64,000 nt of DNA from Chitinophagales bacterium (lineage in GTDB: Bacteria; Bacteroidota; Bacteroidia; Chitinophagales; BACL12), in assembly GCA_020636645.1 (NCBI GenBank), contig JACJXO010000002.1, positions 106,465 through 170,464 on the forward strand, written 5' to 3'. A model generated the notes under the pieces. It was not told where the DNA came from. It worked only from the letters and a program-made list of their open reading frames with translations, and made no database searches. Below, piece by piece: positions 63,843-64,000 of the stretch (position 1 is the first letter of the stretch; the number at the start of each line of letters is the position of its first letter). The position numbers and the translations under genes were made by a program.

Positions 63843-64000
63843 ATGTGGCAGTCTATCTCCAGGATCATTTTGCGCAACCGGGTCATTTTTCTGGCCGGAT
63901 GGATCCTGCTTACCATTTTCATGGGGCTGGAAACCACCCATGTCAAGCTGAGTTATGACCTGAACAAGTCTATACCAGCCAATGCTCAGGTAAATCTGGA
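63843..64000 (+). CDS. RND/MMPL-superfamily transporter, N-terminal fragment (partial, runs off the window)
   Basis: My own translation gives MWQSISRIILRNRVIFLAGWILLTIFMGLETTHVKLSYDLNKSIPANAQVNL with no stop before the window end. The TM1 plus periplasmic-loop start is typical of MMPL/RND exporters. Confidence 0.45.
   Translation, partial: MWQSISRIILRNRVIFLAGWILLTIFMGLETTHVKLSYDLNKSIPANAQVNL

Overview
The window reads as a chromosomal segment of a Bacteroidota organism. Support: seven proteins end in Por_Secre_tail/T9SS-type C-terminal sorting domains, there are many lipobox signal peptides, and one promoter matches the TTG / TAnnTTTG pattern. The housekeeping backbone is about 50% GC by eye: kynU, kmo, recJ-lptB, scpA, recQ, rimP-nusA-infB, mfd and recO. 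No rRNA genes or CRISPR arrays were seen. Six accessory or unusual regions stand out.

1. 1-7650 (minus strand): a tightly coupled glycan-utilisation operon. It encodes a Nudix-like regulator, a clan GH-A hydrolase, two large outer-membrane beta-barrels, a lipoprotein and a CBM-like protein. It has no SusC/SusD pair. A 17-bp palindromic motif occurs twice in the locus.

2. 7821-12961: three tandem T9SS-cargo genes built from nine copies of a ~112-aa, six-cysteine, E-set/CBM-like module (WCGGC motif). None has a catalytic domain.

3. About 12.96-19.0 kb: an AT-rich mosaic island. It holds an atypical class-I tRNA with a GCU anticodon, a NYN-domain gene, a decayed IS1595-family transposase, a HEPN-motif protein and a very AT-rich T9SS glycosidase-like gene.

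4. 37.3-41.0 kb: a two-gene fibre cassette flanked by short direct repeats. One gene has YadA-head-like repeats, a Peptidase_S74 chaperone domain and a T9SS CTD. The other has a large glycine-rich C-terminal domain and a C12 homopolymer inside its signal-peptide codons, which makes it a candidate phase-variation switch.

5. 44.4-46.0 kb: an SPFH / PH-like membrane protein / Arc-RHH operon with a palindrome over its predicted promoter.

6. 50776-50866: an 11-unit degenerate octamer tandem repeat.

Function calls rest on motifs read from the translations. No database search was possible.
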